Shown: piece after piece, positions 31,468 to 42,187 of the stretch
Numbering within the stretch: position 1 is the first letter of the stretch
Layout of the letters: every line of letters begins with the position of its first letter
DNA from: a plasmid
Sequence record: NZ_CP014527.1
Length of the DNA stretch: 64,000 nt
Strand: one strand, 5' to 3'
The notes under the pieces: model-generated
Databases searched by the model: none
What the model was told of the DNA's origin: nothing
What the model saw: only the letters and a program-made list of their open reading frames with translations
Position numbers and translations under genes: made by a program

Positions 31468-31917
31468 TCACCCCCCTCGCCCGATGGGATCCAGAACAAA
31501 AACAACGGCCATGCCCGCTCCCATGAAACAGGCTGTGGCCACCACAGAGCGAACAGAGCAGCGAGCCAAACCGCAGACGCCATGACCACTGGTACAGCCA
31601 GATCCAAGACGCGACCCAAGACCAACCGCAAGGCCGGCGAGAAAAACAAGAAAAAGATTTTGTGAGGAAAAACGAGGATCAGGAGAATATCCAGACAGAT
31701 TGGCGGCAAAGGCAGAAAACGCAAGCCCAGCAACAAAGGCTACTCTCCAGCCTCGATCTCCCTGACGGGGAGGCAGAAGTCCACCAATAATGCCACTGAT
31801 ACCGGCAATGCGGCCACTGAAAAGCAACAAGACAGAGGCGCCAAGCCCAATCAAGACCCCACCCGTCAAAGACGCCCACGGAGTGAAATGCTCCCAGTCC
31901 ACAGCCAACTCTCCCAA
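31468..31917 (-). CDS. YeeE/YedE-family (sulfur/thiosulfate transporter-like) membrane protein, half-size subunit
   Basis: Carries the GSGCTSGHGVCGL signature of YeeE/YedE. Confidence 0.65.
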   Translation of the reverse strand: MGELAVDWEHFTPWASLTGGVLIGLGASVLLLFSGRIAGISGIIGGLLPPRQGDRGWRVAFVAGLAFSAFAANLSGYSPDPRFSSQNLFLVFLAGLAVGLGSRLGSGCTSGHGVCGLARCSVRSVVATACFMGAGMAVVFVLDPIGRGG

Positions 31918-31947
31918 GAACCTTCCCCTGACCCTAGCTTACCCCTA

Positions 31948-31965
31948 TTATGCGATATCGCATAA
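31948..31965. promoter_or_regulatory. 18-bp perfect palindrome TTATGCGATATCGCATAA (copy 1)
   Basis: Lies in the divergent intergenic region between the yeeE-like start (31917) and arfB (31993). The same core occurs again at 45330..45345. Confidence 0.4.
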
Positions 31966-31992
31966 TTGTACGGTCAGGCCAGAACTACCCCC

Positions 31993-32409
31993 ATGATTAT
32001 CATCACATCATCCATCACTCTTGATGAAGATGAAATACAGGAAACATTCATACGGGCAACAGGACCTGGTGGGCAGAACGTCAACAAAGTGGAAACAGCT
32101 GTCCAGCTGCGTTTTGATATTGCCCACTCAACATCCCTGCCCGATTATGTGAAAAATAGACTCTTGGGCATGGCTGACCAGCGGTTGACCGGACGCGGTG
32201 AGCTGGTTATCACGGCACAACGTTACAGAACTAGGGAAAGGAACAGGGCTGATGCCCTGCATCGTTTAATAGAGCTTATTCGCGCTGCTTCTGTGCGACG
32301 CGCAATCCGACGCCCTACAAAACCATCACGGGCCTCTCAAGAACGAAGACTGAGCCACAAGATAAAACACGCTAACACCAAGAAGTTACGTGGACGCGTT
32401 ATGCCCTGA
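31993..32409 (+). CDS. arfB: alternative ribosome rescue factor ArfB (peptidyl-tRNA hydrolase, GGQ motif)
   Basis: GPGGQNVNKVETAV plus a basic C-terminal tail. Confidence 0.8.
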   Translation: MIIITSSITLDEDEIQETFIRATGPGGQNVNKVETAVQLRFDIAHSTSLPDYVKNRLLGMADQRLTGRGELVITAQRYRTRERNRADALHRLIELIRAASVRRAIRRPTKPSRASQERRLSHKIKHANTKKLRGRVMP

Positions 32410-32523
32410 AGCATCCAGGAACCGCACATGGCCTTTCTTGATTTCTCTTGTACCTCTAGCGACTGGAGGCTGTAGCCTGCATAACAGGTTGAAACGGACT
32501 TTCCTGTTACCAAGGATACTGCC

Positions 32524-34722
32524 ATGTCTCCCATCTCTTCCTCAGGAGCAGACCTGAAAATCATGCGGTTACGCGTAGGGGGCATGGACTGCCCCGGTTG
32601 CGCGGGAGAACTGGAACGAACTCTGATACGTATTCCGGATGTTGAAGACGTAAAAGTCAGCTTCAGCAACGGGTCTGTTACCATTGCATGCCGGGAGGGC
32701 ACAGGCCCATCCCTGTCGGACATCGAGGCCGAGATACGTAATCTCGGTATGTTTGTCACACCAAAGGAACCTAGCACAGAGCCACCATCACACGGCTGGA
32801 AAAATAACCGGAACGTTCACCTTGTGGCTATCACCAGCGTACTAGTCGGAACGGCTGCACTGGTGGGAACGATTGCCCCTGAACTGGCAGACAAGGCATG
32901 GACAATCGCGGCTGGGATCAGCCTCCTGCCCTTTATTCGCCAAGCCTTTTCCCTTGCCGGGGCGGGCAATCCCTTCTCGGTTCAAATGCTGATGACTGTC
33001 GCTGCAACCGGTGCCCTTGTTATTGGTGCTGCCGGCGAAGCTGCAACCGTTGTGTTCCTATTCTCGATTGGTGAGCTCCTGGAAGGACTTGCAGCAGACA
33101 GGGCAAGGCGCAGTATCCATGATCTGGTGGCCCTGATACCGCAGACGGCCATCGTAGAAGAAGATGGATCGCACAAGACCGTCCAAGCCCATAGCCTTGT
33201 TCCAGGACAAATTGTCCTAGTCCGGACAGGTGACCGCGTTCCTGCAGATGGAATCATGTCCGACGAAGGATCGCTTTTTGATCAATCTCCCATTACCGGG
33301 GAGTCCATTCCTGTTATCCGCAAACATAATGCAGATGTCTATGCTGGTAGCATCAATGTCGGGAACCCTGTTCGCATAAGGGTCGAAAAAACAGCGCAGG
33401 ACACAACGATTGCCCGGATCATCCAGCTGGTAGAAGAAGCACGCAGTACCAAGGCTCCGTTCGCACGCCTTATTGATCGTTTCTCGGCACGTTACACACC
33501 AGCAGCCATGCTGCTGGCAGGCCTTGTTATCACAATCCCGCCGCTTGCCTTTGGCGAAAGCTGGGAAACATGGATCTATCGCGGTCTGTCCCTGCTATTG
33601 ATTGCCTGCCCCTGCGCCTTGGTCCTTTCAACACCAGCCGCTGTTGCCGCAGGCATGTCAGCCGCCGCACGGCAGGGGCTCCTGCTCAAGGGAGGAGCCG
33701 TTCTGGAAGCCATCGGCAAAACCCGTACGGTCGCCTTTGACAAGACAGGAACTCTGACCTCCGGCACACCACAGATCACAGATGTCATTCCTGTACAAGA
33801 CAGCAAGGAAAGCATTCTGCGCCTAGCCGCATCTCTTGAGACCGGATCTTCTCACCCACTGGCTTCAGCCATCATCAACCAAGCAAAAGAAGAAAACCTG
33901 ACTATACCACAAAGCCGGAATATATCCGTGCTCCCTGGGCACGGCGTACAGGGCAACGTTGAAGGACGACGTCTGACCATTGGATCAGCCCATATGTACC
34001 TAGAAGACAAAAGGATACCCCCAAACGTTCTGGATCAGATTACGGCACTGGAGGACCAAGGAAAGACAGTTGCCGTCCTTTATGGAGAGCAATCTGTCCT
34101 TGGGCTCATCGCAGCACGCGATGAGCCGCGCCCCGATGCAGCATCAGCCATCAGATTATTAAAAGAGGCCGACATCCATGTTGTCATGCTCACAGGGGAT
34201 AGCCACAAAACGGCGTCAGTCATTGCCAAGGAACTGGAGATCGAAGTAAGGGCCAACCTTCTTCCTGAAGACAAGCTAAAAACAATACGGGAACTGGAAG
34301 AAAATGGTCCGGTTACCATGGTTGGCGATGGGATCAATGATGCACCGGCCTTGGCCGTTGCTTCGGTTGGTATTGCCATGGGAAGCGGAACCGATGTTGC
34401 CCTAGAAACTGCCGATGCGGCCCTGCTAGGAAATCGTGTTGGCGGTATCGTTGATCTTTTAACTCTTTCAAAGGCAACCATACGCAATATCTGGCAGAAT
34501 ATTGCCCTTGCACTTGGCCTGAAGACTCTCTTCTTGGCCGGAGCAGTAACCGGTACAACAACATTGTGGATGGCTGTCTTTGCCGATACCGGTGCAACCA
34601 TCCTAGTAACATTGAACGCGCTGCGACTGCTTGGATTCAAACCAGCCCGTAATGAGAGCCAAGGGACCAGCGAAAACCAACCCCATCACCAACACAAACA
34701 GAACCAAGTAGCTTCTGTCTAA
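32524..34722 (+). CDS. zntA: P1B-2-type heavy-metal (Zn/Cd/Pb) translocating ATPase
   Basis: N-terminal HMA domain (GMDCPGCA), TM CPC motif, DKTGT, HP motif, GDGINDAP, and the C-terminal ADTGATILVTLNALRLL that is typical of ZntA-type pumps. Confidence 0.85.
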   Translation: MSPISSSGADLKIMRLRVGGMDCPGCAGELERTLIRIPDVEDVKVSFSNGSVTIACREGTGPSLSDIEAEIRNLGMFVTPKEPSTEPPSHGWKNNRNVHLVAITSVLVGTAALVGTIAPELADKAWTIAAGISLLPFIRQAFSLAGAGNPFSVQMLMTVAATGALVIGAAGEAATVVFLFSIGELLEGLAADRARRSIHDLVALIPQTAIVEEDGSHKTVQAHSLVPGQIVLVRTGDRVPADGIMSDEGSLFDQSPITGESIPVIRKHNADVYAGSINVGNPVRIRVEKTAQDTTIARIIQLVEEARSTKAPFARLIDRFSARYTPAAMLLAGLVITIPPLAFGESWETWIYRGLSLLLIACPCALVLSTPAAVAAGMSAAARQGLLLKGGAVLEAIGKTRTVAFDKTGTLTSGTPQITDVIPVQDSKESILRLAASLETGSSHPLASAIINQAKEENLTIPQSRNISVLPGHGVQGNVEGRRLTIGSAHMYLEDKRIPPNVLDQITALEDQGKTVAVLYGEQSVLGLIAARDEPRPDAASAIRLLKEADIHVVMLTGDSHKTASVIAKELEIEVRANLLPEDKLKTIRELEENGPVTMVGDGINDAPALAVASVGIAMGSGTDVALETADAALLGNRVGGIVDLLTLSKATIRNIWQNIALALGLKTLFLAGAVTGTTTLWMAVFADTGATILVTLNALRLLGFKPARNESQGTSENQPHHQHKQNQVASV

Positions 34723-34771
34723 AAGCTAGGCTAACGTGAAGAGGGATGGATCATGATCCAGGGGACGCCGC

Positions 34772-35338
34772 ATGTTGAGAAAATTATGTTCAGCCATACT
34801 GGGGCTGTTTCTGGGAAGCGGAAACGCCGTGGCAGGGCAGGGCAGCGCTTGGGATTATACCTTCACTTCGATTGACGGAACCCCTATGCCATTGCAGTCC
34901 TATGCAGGCCATGTCGTTCTGGTTGTCAACACGGCATCCCGCTGCGGATTCACACCCCAATACGAAGGCCTGGAGAAAATCTGGAATACGTATAAAGACC
35001 GTGGCAAAGGGCTAGTGGTCATCGGCGTGCCATCCAATGATTTTGGGGAACAGGAGCCGGGCAGTAACCCTGAAATCAAGACCTTCTGTGAAACAACCTT
35101 CAACGTCTCGTTTCCACTGACAGAACGCGCTGTTGTCAGCGGTGATCACGCCCATCCGTTCTATCAGTGGGCTGCTCAACAAACCGGAGCAGCGGGAATC
35201 CCGCGCTGGAATTTCCATAAATATCTGATTGGTCCGGACGGACGCCTGCTGGACTGGTTTCTGCCAACCACAAAGCCGGATGATCCCAAAATTACCGGCG
35301 CCATAGAAATGGCATTGAACAGCGCAGATCCGGACTAG
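34772..35338 (+). CDS. gpx: glutathione peroxidase (with signal peptide)
   Basis: Motifs VVNTASRCGFTPQY and LVVIGVPSNDFGEQEPG. Confidence 0.85.
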   Translation: MLRKLCSAILGLFLGSGNAVAGQGSAWDYTFTSIDGTPMPLQSYAGHVVLVVNTASRCGFTPQYEGLEKIWNTYKDRGKGLVVIGVPSNDFGEQEPGSNPEIKTFCETTFNVSFPLTERAVVSGDHAHPFYQWAAQQTGAAGIPRWNFHKYLIGPDGRLLDWFLPTTKPDDPKITGAIEMALNSADPD

Positions 35339-35379
35339 ATCACCACGTAGGAGCATGACAGCAAAGCAGGCCGCATCAC

Positions 35380-37653
35380 ATGCCTATGACCGACTTGTCA
35401 GCCGCTATCCTCCTGCTCACCGAGCTGGGCTTTATCTTCGTGATGCTGGTCTATATGGGCTCCAATCTTGATGACTTGGTCATTGACATTATCTTCTTCG
35501 GGCGCTGGATCTACAAAAGTCTGTTTGTCTTCCGGCGCTCCAAGCCAATGGCCATAGAGGTCCTGCACCGCGCACAACAACAGCCCGTAGCCCTGATGTT
35601 CCCGTCGTGGCAGGAATCCGGAATTATTTACTCCTCACTCAGTAACATGTTCCGCACGCTGGACTATTCAAACTTCCATGTTTTCGTTGGAACCTACCCC
35701 AATGATCCGGATACTGGGAAAGAGGTTGAAAAGCTGTGCTCTACGCTGGGGAATGTCCATCACATCATCACTCCATTGCCGGGGCCAACCTGCAAGGCTG
35801 ATTGTCTGAACTGGATTGTCAAAGGGATCACAGAATACGAGCAAGCCAACGGAATGCGCTTCGAGGTTATCGTCATGCAGGATGCAGAAGACATCGTGCA
35901 CCCGCTCAGCCTGAAGCTTTTCAACTTTCTGATCCCGCGCTTTGACCTGGTACAAACACCGGTCATCTCTCTGGAACGTCCGTGGCATGATCTGACTGGC
36001 GGCCACTACATGGACGAGTTCGCCGAGCTTCACAGCAAGGAAATCATTGTTCGTGAATTCTTGGCCGGGGTTGTTCCGGGGGCAGGGGTGGGAACAGCTT
36101 ACTCCCGGCGGGCCCTGGATGCCGCACGAACAGAACAGGGAGAAGTGTTCAACACCGGCACGTTGACCGAAGATTACGAATTTTCGCTCCGCCTCAAGAA
36201 AGCAGGCATGAAGCAGATTTTTGCACGTGTGCCTTTTGTCCGTACCGTATCACGAAAACAATGGCTGACCGGAAAGGAACAGCTGGTCACAATTGTTGAC
36301 TACATCTGCACACGTGAATATTTCCCCAATGCCTTCTGGGCTGCCGTACGCCAGAAAAGCCGCTGGACAATCGGCATTGCCCTGCAGGGATGGCGTAACT
36401 TCGGATGGGATGGATCTTGGGCAATCCGCTATCTTCTGATGCGGGACAGGAAAATGGTGGTGCTGAGCCACGCCGCTCCATTCGGGCTCTTTGTTGTACT
36501 GGTGCATGTTGGCATCGCTCTGTGGGCATGGTCCATGGAGGACAGTTACCAACCGGCCCCTGTTCTTCCTGATGACAGTCCGTTCTGGCTTGTTGTGTGG
36601 ATCAACCAGGCTCTGCTGGCCTACCGGCTTTTCCAGCGCCACTACTGGACACACAAATACTATGGATGGTCTGCCATACCCATGATCATCCCCCGTTATT
36701 TGTGGGCCATTGTCATAAATTATTGTGCCGTAATACGAGCCCTGCGCATGTTTGGTCACCATCTACGTACGGGTGAAAAGATCGGCTGGGACAAAACATC
36801 GCACGAATACCCTGATGAAGCACACCTGAAGCTTTATCGGCGCCGGATCGGCGATCTGATGATCGAGCGCCAGTTCATTACCCCCACCCAACTTGAACAA
36901 GCGCTGGCCATGCAGAAGGAAAAAGGGGGCACTATCGGCAATATCCTGATGGAAATGGGTCTGGTAAACCAAGACCAGTTTCTGGAAGTTCTTGGCATGC
37001 AGGTCAGGCTGGAAGTGCGTGCTATCGATCCATTCAGCGTACCCGATACTATCTTGCAGCGATTCCCGGCATCTCTAGCCAAACAGTTCAGCATGTTCCC
37101 CGTTGGCTTGTCTGCATCGGGGAACCTTATGGTGGCCGCCCTGTCGGTTCCCACACAGGAACAAGTTGAAACGGTTGAGACAGCAATTGGCGGGCGAGCC
37201 GAATTCTGTCTGGCTGTATCCAGCGAGATCCTATTTGCCATTCACCGACGCTATGGCGGTATCCCGGAAGACGCTGCGAAGGGCAAGGGAGGGGCAGGGC
37301 CACCGCTGGGACAACGCTTGGTCGAGGCCGGCGTTATCACAGCTGAAATGTTGGCTGGTGCCCTGCGTGAACAAAGACGCTCCTATAAACCGATGGGGCA
37401 AATCCTTCTGGATCTGGATCTGCTTCCCTCACAAGCCACACTGGATGACGCTGTCAAAAAAGCAGCAGCCGCTGGTATTCCTTTAGGGCGCTGGCTGGCG
37501 GAGAACAGTATCTGCTCCACTGAAGACGTAGAGAAGGCGTTTGCCTTGTCCAAGAAAAGCGAGCGACCTGTCGGAGTCATTCTGGTCGAGCAGGGGCATA
37601 TCTCGGAACAAACGCTGACAGACTTCCAGAACCAAGGCAACAAGCCGGCATGA
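35380..37653 (+). CDS. nfrB: NfrB-like inner-membrane GT2 glycosyltransferase with C-terminal GSPII_E_N/MshEN-like (c-di-GMP-binding type) domains
   Basis: The N-terminus (LDDLVIDIIFFGRWI...FVGTYPNDPDTGKEV...PGPTCKADCLNW...VMQDAEDIVHP) resembles E. coli NfrB. The C-terminal roughly 230 aa carry two T2SSE_N-like repeats (ERQFITPTQLEQALAMQKEKGGTIGNILMEMGLV). Confidence 0.8.
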   Translation: MPMTDLSAAILLLTELGFIFVMLVYMGSNLDDLVIDIIFFGRWIYKSLFVFRRSKPMAIEVLHRAQQQPVALMFPSWQESGIIYSSLSNMFRTLDYSNFHVFVGTYPNDPDTGKEVEKLCSTLGNVHHIITPLPGPTCKADCLNWIVKGITEYEQANGMRFEVIVMQDAEDIVHPLSLKLFNFLIPRFDLVQTPVISLERPWHDLTGGHYMDEFAELHSKEIIVREFLAGVVPGAGVGTAYSRRALDAARTEQGEVFNTGTLTEDYEFSLRLKKAGMKQIFARVPFVRTVSRKQWLTGKEQLVTIVDYICTREYFPNAFWAAVRQKSRWTIGIALQGWRNFGWDGSWAIRYLLMRDRKMVVLSHAAPFGLFVVLVHVGIALWAWSMEDSYQPAPVLPDDSPFWLVVWINQALLAYRLFQRHYWTHKYYGWSAIPMIIPRYLWAIVINYCAVIRALRMFGHHLRTGEKIGWDKTSHEYPDEAHLKLYRRRIGDLMIERQFITPTQLEQALAMQKEKGGTIGNILMEMGLVNQDQFLEVLGMQVRLEVRAIDPFSVPDTILQRFPASLAKQFSMFPVGLSASGNLMVAALSVPTQEQVETVETAIGGRAEFCLAVSSEILFAIHRRYGGIPEDAAKGKGGAGPPLGQRLVEAGVITAEMLAGALREQRRSYKPMGQILLDLDLLPSQATLDDAVKKAAAAGIPLGRWLAENSICSTEDVEKAFALSKKSERPVGVILVEQGHISEQTLTDFQNQGNKPA

Positions 37654-40600
37654 TAACGCAAGGACACATACCGGGCTGGATCCTGGCCAGCATGATCGGC
37701 AGCAGCCTGCTATATGGACCATGTGCTCAAGCTCAGCAGGCACCAACAGCCGAGAAGCGGCTGATACAAATGCTGCCGGAACAAAGCTTCATAGAACGTG
37801 AATGGCTGCGGCACAGAACCTTCCCGTACGAAGAAAAGGCGCGCACCCTGATACAAGGTGATCGCAAGGAGGAAGCCCTGCAGGAGTTGGAAAAAGGACT
37901 GACACTGATCCCGGAAGCTCACGTCATGCGCTGGCGTGCGACCGTCTTGGCTGCGGAGCTACAGAAACCAGCCGATGTTCTGCGGCTGAGTGCACCGTTG
38001 ACGGAAGTCGCTCCTGATTTCAGCCTTCTGCGTTTGTTTCGCGCAACAGCTCTGCAAACCTTAGGGCACCGTGAAGAGGCCGCCACAGAACTGACGCAAG
38101 CTATGGGAAGCGCCACACTCAGTGTGGATGAACAACTGCGTGCCTTGGAACTACAGACGCGCACGGCACCAAACAGTGCCGGTCTACAAAAAGCAATGGA
38201 TGATCTGGAAGTACTCTCGCATAAAAGAGCATTGACCCAACAGGAGCAATTGGCAGCAGCCCGGATCCTGGTTCTGGCCAAACGCGACCGGGAAGCAGCC
38301 GAACGCTTGCTCCAACTGACCCGGAACCAGGACACGGAACAGTCCATAGAGGATGCCGCAGCCGTAGACCTTGGCTTTCTCCTGCTACGACAGAACAAGC
38401 CAGGGGAAGCCTACACGCTTGTCTGGCCAAGACGGGAGCGCCTTGGGCATTCGCCCGCTGTCCTTGGCCTTCTGGCGGAAGCTGCCAGCCGCAGCGGCCA
38501 CCACGAACAAGCCATTGAACTGTACAAGCCTCTTCGGAACAGCAGTAACCCATCTGACTTACAGGTATTGGCTGATCTCCTGGCCCGGGGCGGCCTTCGG
38601 GAAGAAGCGGCACAGACCCTTGAAGCTGTGGCAGGGCTTCGCCTTGGGGCAGCAGACCGGGCCCTGTCACTGAAACGGGCAGCCTTCATCCGTCTGGATG
38701 CCGGACAGGAAGAACAAGCGCTGGAACTCTTCATAAAAGCGCTGGAGCTGGACCAAAGCCCGGACACGCTGAATTCTGTGGTTCTGACAGCGATCTCTGC
38801 CAAGCGTATCAAGGACGCCAGCCTGGTACTGCAGCGAGTCGAGCAGGAACAAAGCCTTCAGGCCCCAAACCGGGCTGATGTCATTAACGCACATCGCCTA
38901 TCCCTGTGTGCAGCACAGCTTGAACAGAATACCCCGGAAGAGTCCGTACGCTGTCTGGAAGAACTCCCACACAGTATCGGTGACATACCCGAACGCCTGC
39001 AGCTTCTGGCGGAAGCACAGAGACGGGCAGGGGACACCTCTGCACGTACAAAGACACTCGAAACCTTGGCACAACTGCGATCCGACAAGGACACGCTGGT
39101 CTCGCTGGCTGATGCACGGTGGGCCGAGGGCAATGTCCGTGGATCAGCCGAGGCGCTGGAGCAAGCCGCCCATCTGGATCATGAAGCCGCCGCAAGAACA
39201 GCGATTGAAGCGCTTGTTCGCTGGAAAGGGGCACAAGAATGGGTATCGGTAGAGCGTGTAGCCCGCCGCATCTTGGAAAGAATCAGCCCGGAAAATGAAG
39301 CTGTACGCCAAGCCCTGACGGCCCTGGCTGAAAGCGGGACCGCCACACAAAAGAATCAGCAACGCAAGAAAGCCTTACAGGACCTGTACCATCGCGGACT
39401 AATCTCCGTCGATCAACGCTTGGACCTTGCTTTTGTTCTTCTGGAAGACAAGGAAACGAAGGAAGCCGTCCGGCTGATGTGGGAAACATTGCAACACGAA
39501 CAAAGCCCCAGGGTTCATGTTCTTCTGGCAACAGCACTGGACAGGGCAAACCGCAAGGGACCCGCCGCTGATTTCTACGAAAGATCCCTGCGGGATTATT
39601 CTGGACCCCGCAGCCTATCAGCCGGAACAAAAAACCTGGTCAACGCATCACTGGGCTATTTGTACTACGATACGGGACGGCCGGATCTGGCTGCCCGCCA
39701 CTGGAAACAGGCCTTGTCGGGGCAGCATGATCCCGTTCTACAATTACGACTGGCACAAGCCTTTCTGGGGGCAGGAGAGGCTGAAAGCGCCCTGCAGCAG
39801 ATTGGCACCCTTGAAGCCACAAAACTACCCGATGACCTAAAGCCCGTGCATCTGGAAACGTGGGCTAGGGCGCTGGCTGCAGCCGGTCGGGACCAAGAAG
39901 CCATACAAGTATATCAAACCTTGAACGCAACCAGTCCAACCAGCGGCCGACGTCTGGAGCAAGCCGTAGTCGAACGACGGCAGGGCCAAATGGAGCCGGC
40001 CTTTCACACCTTGGAAGCAGCGTATCAAGTCACCCCGGACAACGAAGCCCTGGGGCTAGCCTATGCCTATGCAGCCCGTGACCTGGGCGATCACGAACGG
40101 GCAGAACCCTTGCTAAGCCACATTACGGGTGCGAACCCGGACCAGCTCTCCGCGCGGGAGGATCTGGGTTATACCCGTGCGGCTCTTGGTGATACCCAAG
40201 GCGCACAAGATGCCTTCTCCGACGTTATAGAGGATGAGCGCCTGTATGCAGCCATGCGCCAATACACACCCGTTCAGAACCGCGCCCACATTTGGGGGCT
40301 AAGGCGACAAAACAGCATCTTGAACGATAACCTAGCGTTACAAGGCTATACTACGATCTGCCCACAAGCCAGCTCATGCCGACGGACAACAAGCCCGGTC
40401 GGTGATGCCCTGAACGAGGCACAAGGCGGCGTGGAACTGGCATGGAGACCTCCCTCTGTTGGCTATCGCGACGGACGCACCCTTGCCATCACCGGACGCC
40501 TGTTCTGGGGGACCATCAACGGTGCCTCTCCCGTACCGGATAAACACACCACACAGGCTGGGGCTGGCCTGCGCTGGAAACCCCTGCGCGAGCATGACTT

Positions 40601-41066
40601 CAATCTGGCGGCTGAACGCCTGTTTTCCATTGGATCCAAAACAGAAGACAACACGCTGGTTCGTGTAAGCTATGGCCTGAGCAGCAGCATGGACATACCA
40701 CCCGATGAACCTGCCTGGACACCATATTACAGCTTTTATGTGGATGCCGGACGGTTTCTTGAGAAATCGAAGGCTCGGCTTGTCAGTAGCGAACTCCGGC
40801 TGGGAGGGAAATGGCGCATGGGCACACCCTATATAGCAGCACCGTTTGCCCTGATCGGAGGATCCCACGCCGGGACAAGCACACTGGACGACACCATTGC
40901 CCGCGGTGGTATCGGGTTGCACTGGCGCCTGTGGTACAATGAATCTGCAAGCCATGCGCATCAGTCTTATATCGATGTCACACCACGCCTGACCCGTGAC
41001 ATCACAAAAGACGGGCAGGGCGACAGGCAAACACGTTTCATTGTCTCCGTTCTGGCACGGTTCTAG
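37650..41066 (+). CDS. nfrA: NfrA-like outer-membrane protein (signal peptide, long TPR region, C-terminal beta-barrel ending in F)
   Basis: Translationally coupled to nfrB by an ATGA overlap. TPR-like helical repeats run through about residue 850. The C-terminal roughly 280 aa is a beta-rich region ending in ...FIVSVLARF. Confidence 0.7.
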   Translation: MITQGHIPGWILASMIGSSLLYGPCAQAQQAPTAEKRLIQMLPEQSFIEREWLRHRTFPYEEKARTLIQGDRKEEALQELEKGLTLIPEAHVMRWRATVLAAELQKPADVLRLSAPLTEVAPDFSLLRLFRATALQTLGHREEAATELTQAMGSATLSVDEQLRALELQTRTAPNSAGLQKAMDDLEVLSHKRALTQQEQLAAARILVLAKRDREAAERLLQLTRNQDTEQSIEDAAAVDLGFLLLRQNKPGEAYTLVWPRRERLGHSPAVLGLLAEAASRSGHHEQAIELYKPLRNSSNPSDLQVLADLLARGGLREEAAQTLEAVAGLRLGAADRALSLKRAAFIRLDAGQEEQALELFIKALELDQSPDTLNSVVLTAISAKRIKDASLVLQRVEQEQSLQAPNRADVINAHRLSLCAAQLEQNTPEESVRCLEELPHSIGDIPERLQLLAEAQRRAGDTSARTKTLETLAQLRSDKDTLVSLADARWAEGNVRGSAEALEQAAHLDHEAAARTAIEALVRWKGAQEWVSVERVARRILERISPENEAVRQALTALAESGTATQKNQQRKKALQDLYHRGLISVDQRLDLAFVLLEDKETKEAVRLMWETLQHEQSPRVHVLLATALDRANRKGPAADFYERSLRDYSGPRSLSAGTKNLVNASLGYLYYDTGRPDLAARHWKQALSGQHDPVLQLRLAQAFLGAGEAESALQQIGTLEATKLPDDLKPVHLETWARALAAAGRDQEAIQVYQTLNATSPTSGRRLEQAVVERRQGQMEPAFHTLEAAYQVTPDNEALGLAYAYAARDLGDHERAEPLLSHITGANPDQLSAREDLGYTRAALGDTQGAQDAFSDVIEDERLYAAMRQYTPVQNRAHIWGLRRQNSILNDNLALQGYTTICPQASSCRRTTSPVGDALNEAQGGVELAWRPPSVGYRDGRTLAITGRLFWGTINGASPVPDKHTTQAGAGLRWKPLREHDFNLAAERLFSIGSKTEDNTLVRVSYGLSSSMDIPPDEPAWTPYYSFYVDAGRFLEKSKARLVSSELRLGGKWRMGTPYIAAPFALIGGSHAGTSTLDDTIARGGIGLHWRLWYNESASHAHQSYIDVTPRLTRDITKDGQGDRQTRFIVSVLARF

Positions 41067-41068
41067 AG

Positions 41069-42181
41069 ATGCGTAAACGCCTTGTCATCTTTGCACTATG
41101 GATGGTTGGAATAGGCTCTGCCCATGCTGTCTGCGGACCCGCAGGGGCTCCGGATGCCACCTTCTACCAGCCACTGGCCATCCACGGTAACCGTAGCCCG
41201 GAAGACTGGGATGCCTTTGGGCGGTCCCTTAAACAGATCGGTATTCAGAGCATCTACGTACAGTGGTCCATCCTGAATAGCATTGCCTTGTTTCCCCTGT
41301 CAGACGCAGTTGGGAAAGAAATATATGCGAGACATATCAGTCCGCTACCAAACCCGCCCTTGCCGGGTCTGCTGGCCATGGCCGAAAGGAATGGAATTGG
41401 CCTGTGGATAGGCCTAGATCTTGATCCATCCTTCTTTCAAGTTCACGAGCGAAATCCGGATCTGCTGCGGGTCTACTTCCTGCGCCGTGAGCTGGCTCTG
41501 GAGGCCCTGCTGCCGGATCTGGGGAGATTGGTTGCAACCAGTCCAGCTCTGCATGGCTGGTATATTACGGATGAGCTTGACGACCTGCATTGGCAGGATA
41601 CAACCCGCCGAGCTTTACTCACGGAACATCTTGCCAAGATTACCGAGCTTCTGTCCTCGCTGACAGAGCACCCTGTACTCATAGCCATATCGGGGTTCTC
41701 AAACGGTCGAACCAGTCCATCTGTGCTGGCCGAATTCTGGGATACAGTCCTGACAAAAGGCCGCATCGACCGCCTTTTATTTCAGGACAGCATCGGGGCC
41801 GGCAAACTCAGCGTGCAGGAAAGCACTCTTTACCGTGACGCCCTAGCTAAAAAACTGGGCCAGCGGGTTCATATGGTTGTGGAGGCCTTTTCTGTACAGC
41901 AGCAGAATCCGGATGGCAGCCAGTTCGTCGGCATTCCGGCTTCCACGACAGAAATGCACGAGAGGCTGCGCCTTGCCATGGGGGCGGCCATGGCAAGGCC
42001 CGTCCTGTTCAGCGCACCGGAGTATCTTCTGCCATCCAGAGCAGAGGAAATGAGTCAATCCGGGAACATATCAACGGCAGATCGTGACCACCGCGCCAAG
42101 GCGCTATACGATCTTCAGGCCAAGGTCGCACAGCAATGCGTGACCAGCCTGCCCGGCATACAGGGTGTGAACAGCAGATGA
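41069..42181 (+). CDS. YbcH-like periplasmic protein (DUF4434-type, TIM-barrel glycoside-hydrolase-like)
   Basis: Signal peptide; sits 3 bp after nfrA, the position YbcH occupies in the E. coli nfr locus. The family assignment is from memory and has low certainty. Confidence 0.45.
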   Translation: MRKRLVIFALWMVGIGSAHAVCGPAGAPDATFYQPLAIHGNRSPEDWDAFGRSLKQIGIQSIYVQWSILNSIALFPLSDAVGKEIYARHISPLPNPPLPGLLAMAERNGIGLWIGLDLDPSFFQVHERNPDLLRVYFLRRELALEALLPDLGRLVATSPALHGWYITDELDDLHWQDTTRRALLTEHLAKITELLSSLTEHPVLIAISGFSNGRTSPSVLAEFWDTVLTKGRIDRLLFQDSIGAGKLSVQESTLYRDALAKKLGQRVHMVVEAFSVQQQNPDGSQFVGIPASTTEMHERLRLAMGAAMARPVLFSAPEYLLPSRAEEMSQSGNISTADRDHRAKALYDLQAKVAQQCVTSLPGIQGVNSR

Positions 42182-42187
42182 GTCTGC

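Noticed and set aside
35355-35471. Short ORF (MTAKQAAHH...) upstream of and overlapping the nfrB start in another frame
   Set aside because: It has no RBS advantage or motif. The frame with the NfrB-like LDDLVIDIIFF N-terminus is clearly the real one.
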